64,000 nucleotides of DNA from Nemertoderma westbladi (Eukaryota; Animalia; Xenacoelomorpha). The translations under genes and the position numbers were made by a program. The notes under the pieces were generated by a model. The model was not told where the DNA came from and did no database searches. It saw only the letters and a list, made by a program, of their open reading frames with translations. The stretch spans positions 85,661 to 149,660 of the forward strand of contig JAUCBJ010006528.1 in the NCBI GenBank assembly GCA_032718475.1, given 5' to 3'. This document shows positions 1 through 11,400 of this stretch, piece by piece. Within the stretch, counting starts at the first letter, position 1, and each line of letters begins with the position of its first letter.

Positions 1-306
1 GTTCCAGATAGTCGGAGCAGCGATCGGGAAAGCAGGGGTCCAGCGTGGCGTACATCTCTGGGGAGGGAGTTCCAGCTAGTCGGAGCAGCGATCGAGAAAT
101 CAGGGGTCCAGCGTGGCGTACATCTCTGTGGAGGGAGTTCCAGATAGTCGGAGCAGCGATCGAGAAAGCAGGGGTCCAGCGTGGCGTACATCTCTGTGGA
201 GGGAGTTCCAGATAGTCGGAGCAGCGATCGAGAAAGCAGGGGTCCAGCGTGGCGTACATCTCTGGGGAGGGAGTTCCAGATAGTCGGAGCAGCAATCGAG
301 AAAGCA
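1..306. repeat. 68-bp tandem repeat (at least 4.5 copies, runs off the window start)
   Basis: Unit gttccagatagtcggagcagcgatcgagaaagcaggggtccagcgtggcgtacatctctg(g/t)ggaggga starts at 1, 69, 137, 205 and 273, with only a few substitutions between copies. Confidence 0.97.
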
Positions 307-320
307 CGTCCTTCATAATT
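1..320 (-). mobile_element. Fragment of L2/CR1-group non-LTR retrotransposon ORF2 C-terminus, tandemly amplified
   Basis: The minus strand from 320 translates NYEGRAFSIAAPTIWNSLPRDVRHAG, matching the characteristic 'RAFSxAAPxLWNSLP' motif at the end of L2/CR1-group ORF2. The 68-bp period shifts the frame in each copy. Confidence 0.8.
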
Positions 321-380
321 ATTTAATTTATATTTTGTTCGAGATCGTCCTTGTTACGGTATATGGCGCTGTATCCACAG

Positions 381-530
381 TATTAGTCCATTATGCAGTA
401 TGCAATATTAGTCCATTATGCAGTATGCAATATTAGTCCATTATGCAGTATGCAATATTAGTCCATTATGCAGTATGCAATATTAGTCCGTTATACTGTA
501 TGTAATATTAGTCCGTTGTGCAGCATGATA
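381..530. repeat. 25-bp minisatellite (~6 copies)
   Basis: tattagtccattatgcagtatgcaa at 381, 406, 431 and 456, with diverged copies at 481 and 506. Confidence 0.95.
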
Positions 531-774
531 TTTTAGATAAGGCATAATAACGCAGTGGTATTTAGGTAAGGAAGTTAAAACGCCCATATATTTTGCATCC
601 ATTCATTTTGTATAGTATGTAGCTCTACCTACGTAATTTTGTATTAGGTTATATGTAGATAGTTCCAGGGTAAGTTTATTCGGACCCTGGATTCCGTGCT
701 TGCTGATATTAGCTTTAGTAGGGCTAGCATATAGGGACGCCGTCCTGGCCATTCAGCAGCCAGAGACGTGAACC

Positions 775-945
775 ATTACCATATATGGTAATAATTCGAG
801 GAAAGGGAGCAAATAGGGCTACAATCCGGCCTCCTTATTGGACTAGCTGCTTCCAGGTTGGTCTAGTGCTAGCACGGACTGGAGAGCCAATAAGAAAGCG
901 ATTGAGTCACCCTATTGCATCATCCCATCCGGATCACCTATAAAT
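775..945 (+). promoter_or_regulatory. Pol II promoter-like motif cluster (possibly the U3 of an LTR)
   Basis: Perfect 18-bp palindrome attaccatatatggtaat (775-792) containing CArG box CCATATATGG; inverted CCAAT pair cttattgg (834-841) and ccaataag (887-894); TGAGTCA (903-909); TATAAAT (939-945). No downstream gene or second LTR identified. Confidence 0.3.
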
Positions 946-2854
946 TGGCGGTGTGCCGGTAGAGCCTATCATCAATCTGTCACATGATACACCCCTGTTA
1001 CAATTTACTTGCTGAGCTGTCTCTAATTTTGTATTTTTCTGCAATTTGCTAATTTTGATTAATTTCTTGGAATGATTTGCTAGTGCGATTACTTTGCTTG
1101 TGTTTCTCAATAATTCCTTCGATTACTGCAAATTACAATCGAACTATGATTTCTACCTTTGATTGATGGTTCTATGTGATTCTTTTCTGCGCAATAATCC
1201 CAAGGGATTCCTGAAACTGTCAGACTTTGTGATTTGCATGCGCCGCTACGGTAGCTATTAGCGTAATGGAGGGCTAAGGTGCCAGTGGGCGGTGGGCGCA
1301 TCGGGGGGTTGGGCGACTAGGAGAGAGCGGAGGATTCAAAGCGGGCAACGCTGGCTAGGGTCACCGTTGCGGGCGGGTAACTTGCACTGCGGCACGCAGA
1401 CCGATCGCCGGTACAGCAAATTAGGGGGCTGATGATCCAGGTTTTGTCTCTATTTAGTATTAGGGGGCAGGAATTGGGTTAGTTAGGAATCCTAGATGTA
1501 CCCGGGAGAGGCCTGCGCGTATTAAAACGTTGAGTGTGGAGTACGAGTAGTGAATTGCACAATTGTAAACTGTGATTTCTAACGCTGATTGGTGTGTTAT
1601 TGAAGTGTGCCTAAGATTACGAATGCTTAGATAGGCGCTCTTTTCCTTTGATTGATTTCTATTTCTTAGTTACAATAATTAGTTATTGATTAGGTCAAAG
1701 TAATACGGCAAATTAGGCTATTACTAGCGAAACCTGTTGCGTGATAAATTAGAATTACGTATTCTGGAACTCTTAGTAATTAGTACGCTGTTAATTATTT
1801 GTGACTGTAATTAATTAGTAAAAAATTAAGAATTAGTACGCAGCATAGCGGAGAGTAGCTAAGGTAATAATTAGTGTACTGTAAACTATTCACGCTGAGC
1901 GGTTATTTGCATTAGCGGACAATCAGCTAGAACGCACTATTCGGTACGCACGATACGCTAGTAATTTTGCTGGCCTAAAGCCAGTCGCGGGCAGTTTTAG
2001 ACCCGGAGTGGTATTATCCACGTAGAAACAGATACTGTACCATTTTGATATTTTAAATATTGTCGCATTCACACATTACGTTAGGGAACCTCCAGTATTC
2101 GCGATTAGAAAGACGTAGGTAATAGCGTGCTTTAATAGTGATAAAATTAGGCGTAAGAATACTCTGAGTGCAAGGCCTCTCGCACTCGTCTTAAGTAAGC
2201 TTAGGGAGCCGACTCGGGTTTATTGTTTTGGTTATTCCCGCGTGGCTCATAGATTCGAACAGTTAGCTCTCTATCGAGCGATCGGTAGAGAAAGGAACAA
2301 GCGATTTTGCAGGAGTAGTGTAAAATTAGTAAAATATATTAGTGGACGGCAGATTAGCGCCATCTAACGGTAAGTAGCGGTTTTGTATTTAGCAACCCTT
2401 ACAATTTAGTAATAGCACGCTCCTGATCCCCTTTACTTAACAGTAGAGCAGTCTTTGTGTCTTATTGGTTAGACGAGAACTTATTAGGTTGGCAGAAGGA
2501 TATTAACGGGTATTGGTCTGTTCAACAGTTCTGCTGTTAGTATAGAGGTCGCGGTTGTTTATCAGTCCTGGTATAAACAACATTTCATCTTTGATAAGTT
2601 TCGGTGTTGAAAAAATTAATCTCTGGCATTTGCGGATATTTGTTTCGAATAAATGAGATTTGGATCCATTGTGAAACATATGTTATGCGCTTTATCATAG
2701 CAGGTCAATAAGTCGTTACCGATTTGTACGCTAGGGGGCGCTAGAGATTACAAAAACAAGGGGTTCTTGCGGGGTTATTGGAGAAGATGACGTCATGGAT
2801 ATAGGATACGAAGGCGAGGTAGTGAAATTTGTTGCCGTTAATGTACATCTATAT

Positions 2855-2990
2855 GGAGGTCGTGTGTTCGATCCCCGCATAGGGGCCTGGGAAGTTTTCG
2901 TTTCGGTACGAATGCTTTAACGGGACTAACTAGGGACTATTCTGCCTGGCAATCTTAAATTGTAGTGAAATGAGAACCAGTTTCTACTGG
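2855..2990 (+). mobile_element. Possible 5'-truncated tRNA-derived SINE fragment
   Basis: ggaggtcgtgtGTTCGATCCcc resembles a tRNA T-arm/B-box (2866-2874). No A-box or tail recognised, and the end coordinate is approximate. Confidence 0.25.
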
Positions 2991-3164
2991 GGAGTATATA
3001 TTTGGGGGGATAGTATTATATCATACTACTGTATATAAAGTATAAGTTACACACCTGGCGCCTATGCGGTAAAATGTTTAAACAATCACTAGGATTTCTA
3101 ATAAATATTACGCAATTTATTGTAGGCAATTAGAAAACGAACGGCCTGTGTTCTACCCAGGGAA

Positions 3165-3812
3165 TGTGGGGCGAGCCACGAAGTGAGCGAAGCCTTAGCA
3201 TATGGGCGCCATTGACTAGTTGTCTGTTGTCGACGTCGTCGTCGTCTGTCTTCGTTGTTGTCGTAAATTTTTTAATCGCTAATAACTCGGTCATTCCTTG
3301 ATGAATTTAAACGAAACTTGGTACGTATGTAGTCCGTCAAAAGTTTAGAAAGAATCGGAAGTTTGGTAAAAAACGAACGAACGCAACGAGTTTACAGTCG
3401 ATACGAGTATCCATCTGCTATAAATCTGCAGTTACTCTGATATTTTTGAGACTTAGCATAGTTATAAAGGTCGTAATGAAAATAGTAAGGAAAATTATTT
3501 TAAGACAAAACAGGACGAGCGAAACGAGGCTAATGAAGGAGAATAGTATTGTAAAACTAAAAATGTCATACTTAACTTAAATAGCCCTAGTTAGAAGGTT
3601 TACAAATGACAGTTAAAGTGTGTAAGGGAAAACTGAAATGAATCTCTATTTTTACAACTACAGTAGTTTATCACAAACTGATAGCATCGCCTTTACTCAT
3701 ATATATGTTAGGAAAGACATTTTTCGTATATCTAATAGAGATTAGTATATAATGTACTTTCTAATTTAGGCTCTCATGCTGCGCGAAGGCCCCACGAACG
3801 TGGTACCCATAT
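3165..3812 (+). mobile_element. Putative non-autonomous Helentron/HINE (DINE-1-like) element
   Basis: GC-rich structured left end followed by a (GTC)n-like microsatellite (3220-3265) and the motif 'aataactc...gaatttaaacgaaacttggtac' commonly seen in such elements. The right end has gccccac (inverse of left gtggggc) overlapping hairpin ccacg-aa-cgtgg. The left end recurs at 3946-4046. Confidence 0.4.
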
Positions 3813-3945
3813 TAGATAGATACCCTGCAATTAGTCATGCCTGATTCAATTAATCCATGAATTTACACAGTGCAATTTCAGAATATACGAAGATATCGGC
3901 ATTCTACAGTTGGCATAACCTACGCTAATCTGATTTACAATGCAT

Positions 3946-4046
3946 TGTGGGGCGAGCCACGAAGTGAGGGAGCCTTAGCATTTAGCGTCGTCGTCGACAG
4001 ACAACTCGTTAATGGGGCCCCCATATGCTAAGGCTTCATATCGTGG
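3946..4046. mobile_element. Two inverted fragments of the 3165 element's left end
   Basis: 3946-3981 repeats tgtggggcgagccacgaagtgag..agccttagcat directly. About 3986-4046 is a reverse-complement match to ccacga...gaagccttagcatatggg..ccatt.ac.agttgtctgt..cgacg. Confidence 0.8.
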
Positions 4047-4614
4047 TGCCGATATATAACTGTAGAACGGTAGGCCTGTAACTCACCTTCAAAAGTAATT
4101 GCGAAAAACATTAAAAACGACAAATAATATGACAATTCCATATTACTTATTGTCCCGGTAATTGTAAATAAATAATACGTTCAATAATAATTTACAATAA
4201 TGATATAAATAAGTTTAATTACCGGTATCTAAGAAAGGAGATTAGCGGTAGTCAATAATTTGAAAACATTTTAATTAAATAAAATCATAAAAAGCCACTG
4301 AATGATCAGCGAATTTGAATTAAAATAATCATAGAGATTGTTTAACATTGATTAGTAAAATTAATTAGAGTCGATCATCATTGGTTAATAATGCTTGTAG
4401 TGGACTAAGTATGGAGGAATCTCATTGGTTGGTTGCCAACGATAGACATAGGAATATGGAGAATCAGAAACAAGAAAAATATAAGAGTTCCAGACGAGAC
4501 AAGTTATTTATCCCACCAGGTTATATACAGTAGCTAGCTCTTACAGTACTTTGACATTCAGACAATATTACATCTTAACTGGAAGTGAAGATGCAAGCTT
4601 TATATTTTACTTAA

Positions 4615-4626
4615 GGGGGGGGGGGT

Positions 4627-4662
<36 letters not shown>

Positions 4663-4677
4663 AGGGGGGGGGGGGGG
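4615..4677 (+). repeat. Poly-G tract (~63 nt with two interruptions)
   Basis: Seen directly; it lies within the left TIR of the MITE. Confidence 0.9.
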
Positions 4678-5193
4678 TACCCCCTCAGCTCAAATTTCGT
4701 GTTGTATGTCAATATCATTGTTATGTTGTGTTCAGCCAACGTGGGGAAGGCCAAAGAGCAACAAAAATTGAAATTTTAAATTTGTTTGTGTCCCTCTAGC
4801 GGCGAGTGGCGAAATTAAATATTTCACTAAAAACACTACTAGTACCTTAATATTTCTCTATTTTTTTTTAAACAAACTTTTTTGGACTCAGCATCATCGT
4901 TTCTACTCACTAAAATTATCAATATGGGAGTTTTCGGGGTCGGTGATTTCATTTCTGATGCCAGTTTTAATGTTTGGTTATATCTAATATGTCTGTCTGA
5001 CAGCCTGTCTGTCTGTCTGTCTTCTAAATTTCGACGGACAAACTGATAGACGGAAAGACAGGATAACTCGAGAACTAAAAAAGATATCGCCAAACCGTTA
5101 CAAGATTTGAACTCCCCATTAAATTCTGCATCAGTTGAAATAGAAAACCAAAAGTGTGAAAATTGTACCCAAGGAGGGGGTACCCCACCCCCC
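4615..5193. mobile_element. MITE with GG termini and TTAA-type flanks (Kolobok-like)
   Basis: Left end TTAA|G11-T-Gn-(TA)-Gn-TACCCCCTC. The right end reverse-complemented reads CTAA|GGGGGGTGGGGTACCCCCTC. Flanks are TTAA (4611-4614) and TTAG (5194-5197). RR termini with a TTAA TSD are diagnostic of Kolobok, whereas piggyBac starts with CC. Confidence 0.6.
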
Positions 5194-5441
5194 TTAGCTG
5201 TGTTATTTTTATCTATATTATTCGGCTTGACCGCGGTGCGCCTGATGAACTGAAAGAAATGCAACATAATAAACGTACAACTAGTCGCAAAAACGCTATT
5301 TATTCTCATATTAATGGTGGATTGTAGTATTATTGGGACCTCCTCTTATTGGGAAACTTTATCACGATTCATATTTATAATTTAATGAGTTTGACTATGT
5401 TATTTGAGCACGTCCTTAGCGAACTCTCAGAATCACTAGAA

Positions 5442-8400
5442 GGAGCCCAACGGCCCCTCAGTTTATTAGAACAGGCTGATTCTAGAGTTGTAATAGCGAG
5501 GAGCCCAACGGCCCCTCAGTTCATTAGAACAGGCTGCTTCTAGAGTTGTACTAGCGGGGAGCCCAACGGCCCCTCAGTTTATTAGAACAGGCTGTTTCTA
5601 GAGTTGTAATAGCGAGGAGCCCAACGGCCCCTCAGTTCATTAGAACAGGCTGCTTCTAGAGTTGTAATAGCGAGGAGCCCAACGGCCCCTCAGTTCATTA
5701 GAACAGGCTGCTTCTAGAGTTGTACTAGCGGTGAGCGGGGAGCCCAACGGCCCCTCAGTTCATTAGAACAGGCTGCTTCTAGAGTTGTACTAGCGGCGAG
5801 CCCAACGGCCCCTCAGTTCATTAGAACAGGCTGCTTCTAGTGTTGTACTAGCGGGGAGCGGGGAGCCCAACGTCCCCTCAGTTCATTAGAACAGGCTGCT
5901 TCTAGAGTTGTACTAGCGGTGAGCGGGGAGCCCAACGGCCCCTCAGTTCATTAGAACAGGCTGCTTCTAGAGTTGTACTAGCGGTGAGCGGGGAGCCCAA
6001 CGGCCCCTCAGTTCATTAGAACAGGCTGCTTCTAGAGTTGTACTAGCGGTGAGCGGGGAGCCCAACGGCCCCTCAGTTCATTAGAACAGGCTGCTTCTAG
6101 AGTTGTACTAGCGGTGAGCCCAACGGCCCCTCAGTTCATTAGAACAGGCTGCTTCTAGTGTTGTACTAGCGGTGAGCGGGGAGCCCAACGGCCCCTCAGT
6201 TCATTAGAACAGGCTGCTTCTAGAGTTGTACTAGCGGTGGAGCCCAACGGCCCCTCAGTTCATTAGAACAGGCTGCTTCTAGAGTTGTACTAGCGGTGAG
6301 CGGGGAGCCCAACGGCCCCTCAGTTCATTAGAACAGGCTGCTTCTAGAGTTGTACTAGTGGGGAGCCCAACGGCCCCTCAGTTCATTAGAACAGGCTGCT
6401 TCTAGAGTTGTACTAGCGGTGAGCGGGGAGCCCAACGGCCCCTCAGTTCATTAGAACAGGCTGCTTCTAGAGTTGTACTAGCGGTGAGCGGGGAGCCCAA
6501 CGGCCCCTCAGTTCATTAGAACAGGCTGCTTCTAGAGTTGTACTAGCGGCGAGCCCAACGGCCCCTCAGTTCATTAGAACAGGCTGCTTCTAGTGTTGTA
6601 CTAGCGGGGAGCGGGGAGCCCAACGTCCCCTCAGTTCATTAGAACAGGCTGCTTCTAGAGTTGTACTAGCGGTGAGCGGGGAGCCCAACGGCCCCTCAGT
6701 TCATTAGAACAGGCTGCTTCTAGAGTTGTACTAGCGGTGAGCGGGGAGCCCAACGGCCCCTCAGTTCATTAGAACAGGCTGCTTCTAGAGTTGTACTAGC
6801 GGTGAGCGGGGAGCCCAACGGCCCCTCAGTTCATTAGAACAGGCTGCTTCTAGAGTTGTACTAGCGGTGAGCCCAACGGCCCCTCAGTTCATTAGAACAG
6901 GCTGCTTCTAGTGTTGTACTAGCGGGGAGCGGGGAGCCCAACGTCCCCTCAGTTCATTAGAACAGGCTGCTTCTAGAGTTGTACTAGCGGTGAGCGGGGA
7001 GCCCAACGGCCCCTCAGTTCATTAGAACAGGCTGCTTCTAGAGTTGTACTAGCGGTGAGCCCAACGGCCCCTCAGTTCATTAGAACAGGCTGCTTCTAGA
7101 GTTGTACTAGCGGTGAGCGGGGAGCCCAACGGCCCCTCAGTTCATTAGAACAGGCTGCTTCTAGAGTTGTAATAGCGAGGAGCCCAACGGCCCCTCAGTT
7201 CATTAGAACAGGCTGCTTCTAGAGTTGTACTAGCGGTGAGCGGGGAGCCCAACGGCCCCTCAGTTCATTAGAACAGGCTGCTTCTAGAGTTGTACTAGCG
7301 GCGAGCCCAACGGCCCCTCAGTTCATTAGAACAGGCTGCTTCTAGTGTTGTACTAGCGGGGAGCGGGGAGCCCAACGTCCCCTCAGTTCATTAGAACAGG
7401 CTGCTTCTAGAGTTGTACTAGCGGTGAGCGGGGAGCCCAACGGCCCCTCAGTTCATTAGAACAGGCTGCTTCTAGAGTTGTACTAGCGGTGAGCGGGGAG
7501 CCCAACGGCCCCTCAGTTCATTAGAACAGGCTGCTTCTAGAGTTGTACTAGCGGTGAGCGGGGAGCCCAACGGCCCCTCAGTTCATTAGAACAGGCTGCT
7601 TCTAGAGTTGTACTAGCGGTGAGCCCAACGGCCCCTCAGTTCATTAGAACAGGCTGCTTCTAGTGTTGTACTAGCGGGGAGCGGGGAGCCCAACGTCCCC
7701 TCAGTTCATTAGAACAGGCTGCTTCTAGAGTTGTACTAGCGGTGAGCAGGGAGCCCAACGGCCCCTCAGTTCATTAGAACAGGCTGCTTCTAGAGTTGTA
7801 CTAGCGGTGAGCCCAACGGCCCCTCAGTTCATTAGAACAGGCTGCTTCTAGAGTTGTACTAGCGGTGAGCGGGGAGCCCAACGGCCCCTCAGTTCATTAG
7901 AACAGGCTGCTTCTAGAGTTGTAATAGCGAGGAGCCCAACGGCCCCTCAGTTCATTAGAACAGGCTGCTTCTAGAGTTGTACTAGCGGTGAGCGGGGAGC
8001 CCAACGGCCCCTCAGTTCATTAGAACAGGCTGCTTCTAGAGTTGTACTAGCGGCGAGCCCAACGGCCCCTCAGTTCATTAGAACAGGCTGCTTCTAGTGT
8101 TGTACTAGCGGGGAGCGGGGAGCCCAACGTCCCCTCAGTTCATTAGAACAGGCTGCTTCTAGAGTTGTACTAGCGGTGAGCGGGGAGCCCAACGGCCCCT
8201 CAGTTCATTAGAACAGGCTGCTTCTAGAGTTGTACTAGCGGTGAGCGGGGAGCCCAACGGCCCCTCAGTTCATTAGAACAGGCTGCTTCTAGAGTTGTAC
8301 TAGCGGTGAGCGGGGAGCCCAACGGCCCCTCAGTTCATTAGAACAGGCTGCTTCTAGAGTTGTACTAGCGGTGAGCCCAACGGCCCCTCAGTTCATTAGA

Positions 8401-11400
8401 ACAGGCTGCTTCTAGTGTTGTACTAGCGGGGAGCGGGGAGCCCAACGTCCCCTCAGTTCATTAGAACAGGCTGCTTCTAGAGTTGTACTAGCGGTGAGCG
8501 GGGAGCCCAACGGCCCCTCAGTTCATTAGAACAGGCTGCTTCTAGAGTTGTACTAGCGGTGAGCCCAACGGCCCCTCAGTTCATTAGAACAGGCTGCTTC
8601 TAGAGTTGTACTAGCGGTGAGCGGGGAGCCCAACGGCCCCTCAGTTCATTAGAACAGGCTGCTTCTAGAGTTGTACTAGTGGGGAGCCCAACGGCCCCTC
8701 AGTTCATTAGAACAGGCTGCTTCTAGAGTTGTACTAGCGGTGAGCGGGGAGCCCAACGGCCCCTCAGTTCATTAGAACAGGCTGCTTCTAGAGTTGTACT
8801 AGCGGTGAGCGGGGAGCCCAACGGCCCCTCAGTTCATTAGAACAGGCTGCTTCTAGAGTTGTACTAGCGGCGAGCCCAACGGCCCCTCAGTTCATTAGAA
8901 CAGGCTGCTTCTAGTGTTGTACTAGCGGGGAGCGGGGAGCCCAACGTCCCCTCAGTTCATTAGAACAGGCTGCTTCTAGAGTTGTACTAGCGGTGAGCGG
9001 GGAGCCCAACGGCCCCTCAGTTCATTAGAACAGGCTGCTTCTAGAGTTGTACTAGCGGTGAGCGGGGAGCCCAACGGCCCCTCAGTTCATTAGAACAGGC
9101 TGCTTCTAGAGTTGTACTAGCGGTGAGCGGGGAGCCCAACGGCCCCTCAGTTCATTAGAACAGGCTGCTTCTAGAGTTGTACTAGCGGTGAGCCCAACGG
9201 CCCCTCAGTTCATTAGAACAGGCTGCTTCTAGTGTTGTACTAGCGGGGAGCGGGGAGCCCAACGTCCCCTCAGTTCATTAGAACAGGCTGCTTCTAGAGT
9301 TGTACTAGCGGTGAGCGGGGAGCCCAACGGCCCCTCAGTTCATTAGAACAGGCTGCTTCTAGAGTTGTACTAGCGGTGAGCCCAACGGCCCCTCAGTTCA
9401 TTAGAACAGGCTGCTTCTAGAGTTGTACTAGCGGTGAGCGGGGAGCCCAACGGCCCCTCAGTTCATTAGAACAGGCTGCTTCTAGAGTTGTACTAGCGGT
9501 GAGCCCAACGGCCCCTCAGTTCATTAGAACAGGCTGCTTCTAGTGTTGTACTAGCGGGGAGCGGGGAGCCCAACGTCCCCTCAGTTCATTAGAACAGGCT
9601 GCTTCTAGAGTTGTACTAGCGGTGAGCGGGGAGCCCAACGGCCCCTCAGTTCATTAGAACAGGCTGCTTCTAGAGTTGTACTATCGGTGAGCTGGGAGCC
9701 CAACGGCCCCTCAGTTCATTAGAACAGGCTGCTTCTAGAGTTGTACTAGCGGTGAGCGGGGAGCCCAACGGCCCCTCAGTTCATTAGAACAGGCTGCTTC
9801 TAGAGTTGTACTAGCGGGGAGCGGGGAGCCCAACGTCCCCTCAGTTCATTAGAACAGGCTGCTTCTAGAGTTTTACTATCGGTGAGCTGGGAGCCCAACG
9901 GCCCCTCAGTTCATTAGAACAGGCTGCTTCTAGAGTTGTACTAGCGGTGAGCGGGGAGCCCAACGGCCCCTCAGTTCATTAGAACAGGCTGCTTCTAGAG
10001 TTGTACTATCGGTGAGCTGGGAGCCCAACGGCCCCTCAGTTCATTAGAACAGGCTGCTTCTAGAGTTGTACTAGCGGTGAGCGGGGAGCCCAACGGCCCC
10101 TCAGTTCATTAGAACAGGCTGCTTCTAGAGTTGTACTAGCGGTGAGCGGGGAGCCCAACGGCCCCTCAGTTCATTAGAACAGGCTGCTTCTAGAGTTGTA
10201 CTAGCGGTGAGCGGGGAGCCCAACGGCCCCTCAGTTCATTAGAACAGGCTGCTTCTAGAGTTGTACTAGCGGTGAGCGGGGAGCCCAACGGCCCCTCAGT
10301 TCATTAGAACAGGCTGCTTCTAGAGTTGTACTAGAGGGGAGCCCAACGGCCCCTCAGTTCATTAGAACAGGCTGCTTCTAGAGTTGTACTAGCGGTGAGC
10401 GGGAAGCCCAACGGCCCCTCAGTTCATTAGAACAGGCTGCTTCTAGAGTTGTACTAGCGGTGAGCGGGGAGCCCAACGGCCCCTCAGTTCATTAGAACAG
10501 GCTGCTTCTAGAGTTGTACTAGCGGGGAGCCCAAAGGCCCCTCAGTTCATTAGAACAGCCTGCTTCTAGAGTTGTACTAGCGGGGAGCGGGGAGCCCAAA
10601 GGCCCCTCAGTTCATTAGAACAGGCTGCTTCTAGAGTTGTACTAGAGGGGAGCCCAACAGCCCCTCAGTTCATTAGAACAGGCTGCTTCTAGAGTTGTAA
10701 TACAGGGGAGCCCAACGGCCCCACAGTTCATTAGAACAGGCTGCTTCTAGAGTTGTACTAGAGGGGAGCGGGGAGCCCAACGGCCCCTCAGTTCATTAGA
10801 ACAGGATGCTTCTAGAGTTGTACTAGAGGGGAGCCCAACAGCCCCTCAGTTCATTAGAACAGGCTGCTTCTAGAGTTGTAATACAGGGGAGCCCAACGGC
10901 CCCACAGTTCATTAGAACAGGCTGCTTCTAGAGTTGTACTAGAGGGGAGCGGGGAGCCCAACGGCCCCTCAGTTCATTAGAACAGGCTGCTTCTAGAGTT
11001 GTACTAGAGGGGAGCCCAACAGCCCCTCAGTTCATTAGAACAGGCTGCTTCTAGAGTTGTAATACAGGGGAGCCCAACGGCCCCACAGTTCATTAGAACA
11101 GGCTGCTTCTAGAGTTGTACTAGCGGTGAGCGGGGAGCCCAACGGGCCCCTCAGTTCATTAGAACAGGCTGCTTCTAGAGTTGTACTAGAGGGGAGCCCA
11201 ACAGCCCCTCAGTTCATTAGAACAGGCTGCTTCTAGAGTTGTACTAGCGGGGAGCCCAACGGCCCCTCAGTTCATTAGAACAGGCTGCTTCTAGAGTTGT
11301 AATACAGGGGAGCCCAACGGCCCCACAGTTCATTAGAACAGGCTGCTTCTAGAGTTGTACTAGCGGTGAGCGGGGAGCCCAACGGGCCCCTCAGTTCATT

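Noticed and set aside
1107-1301. 64-aa ORF
   Set aside because: Short, with no recognisable domain or splice context.
352-2600. Complete LTR retrotransposon
   Set aside because: No second LTR, PBS, PPT, TSD or gag/pol coding remnants were recognised.
5235-5292. Hammerhead-like core CTGATGA...GAAA...GTC, also faintly similar to the satellite reverse strand
   Set aside because: The stems give at most about 2 bp, and the similarity is too short to distinguish from chance.
4839-5309. 156-aa ORF
   Set aside because: It crosses the MITE boundary, includes translated (GACA)n microsatellite, and has no transposase motif.
5349-5543. 64-aa ORF
   Set aside because: Non-ATG start and it runs into satellite monomers; likely a chance ORF.
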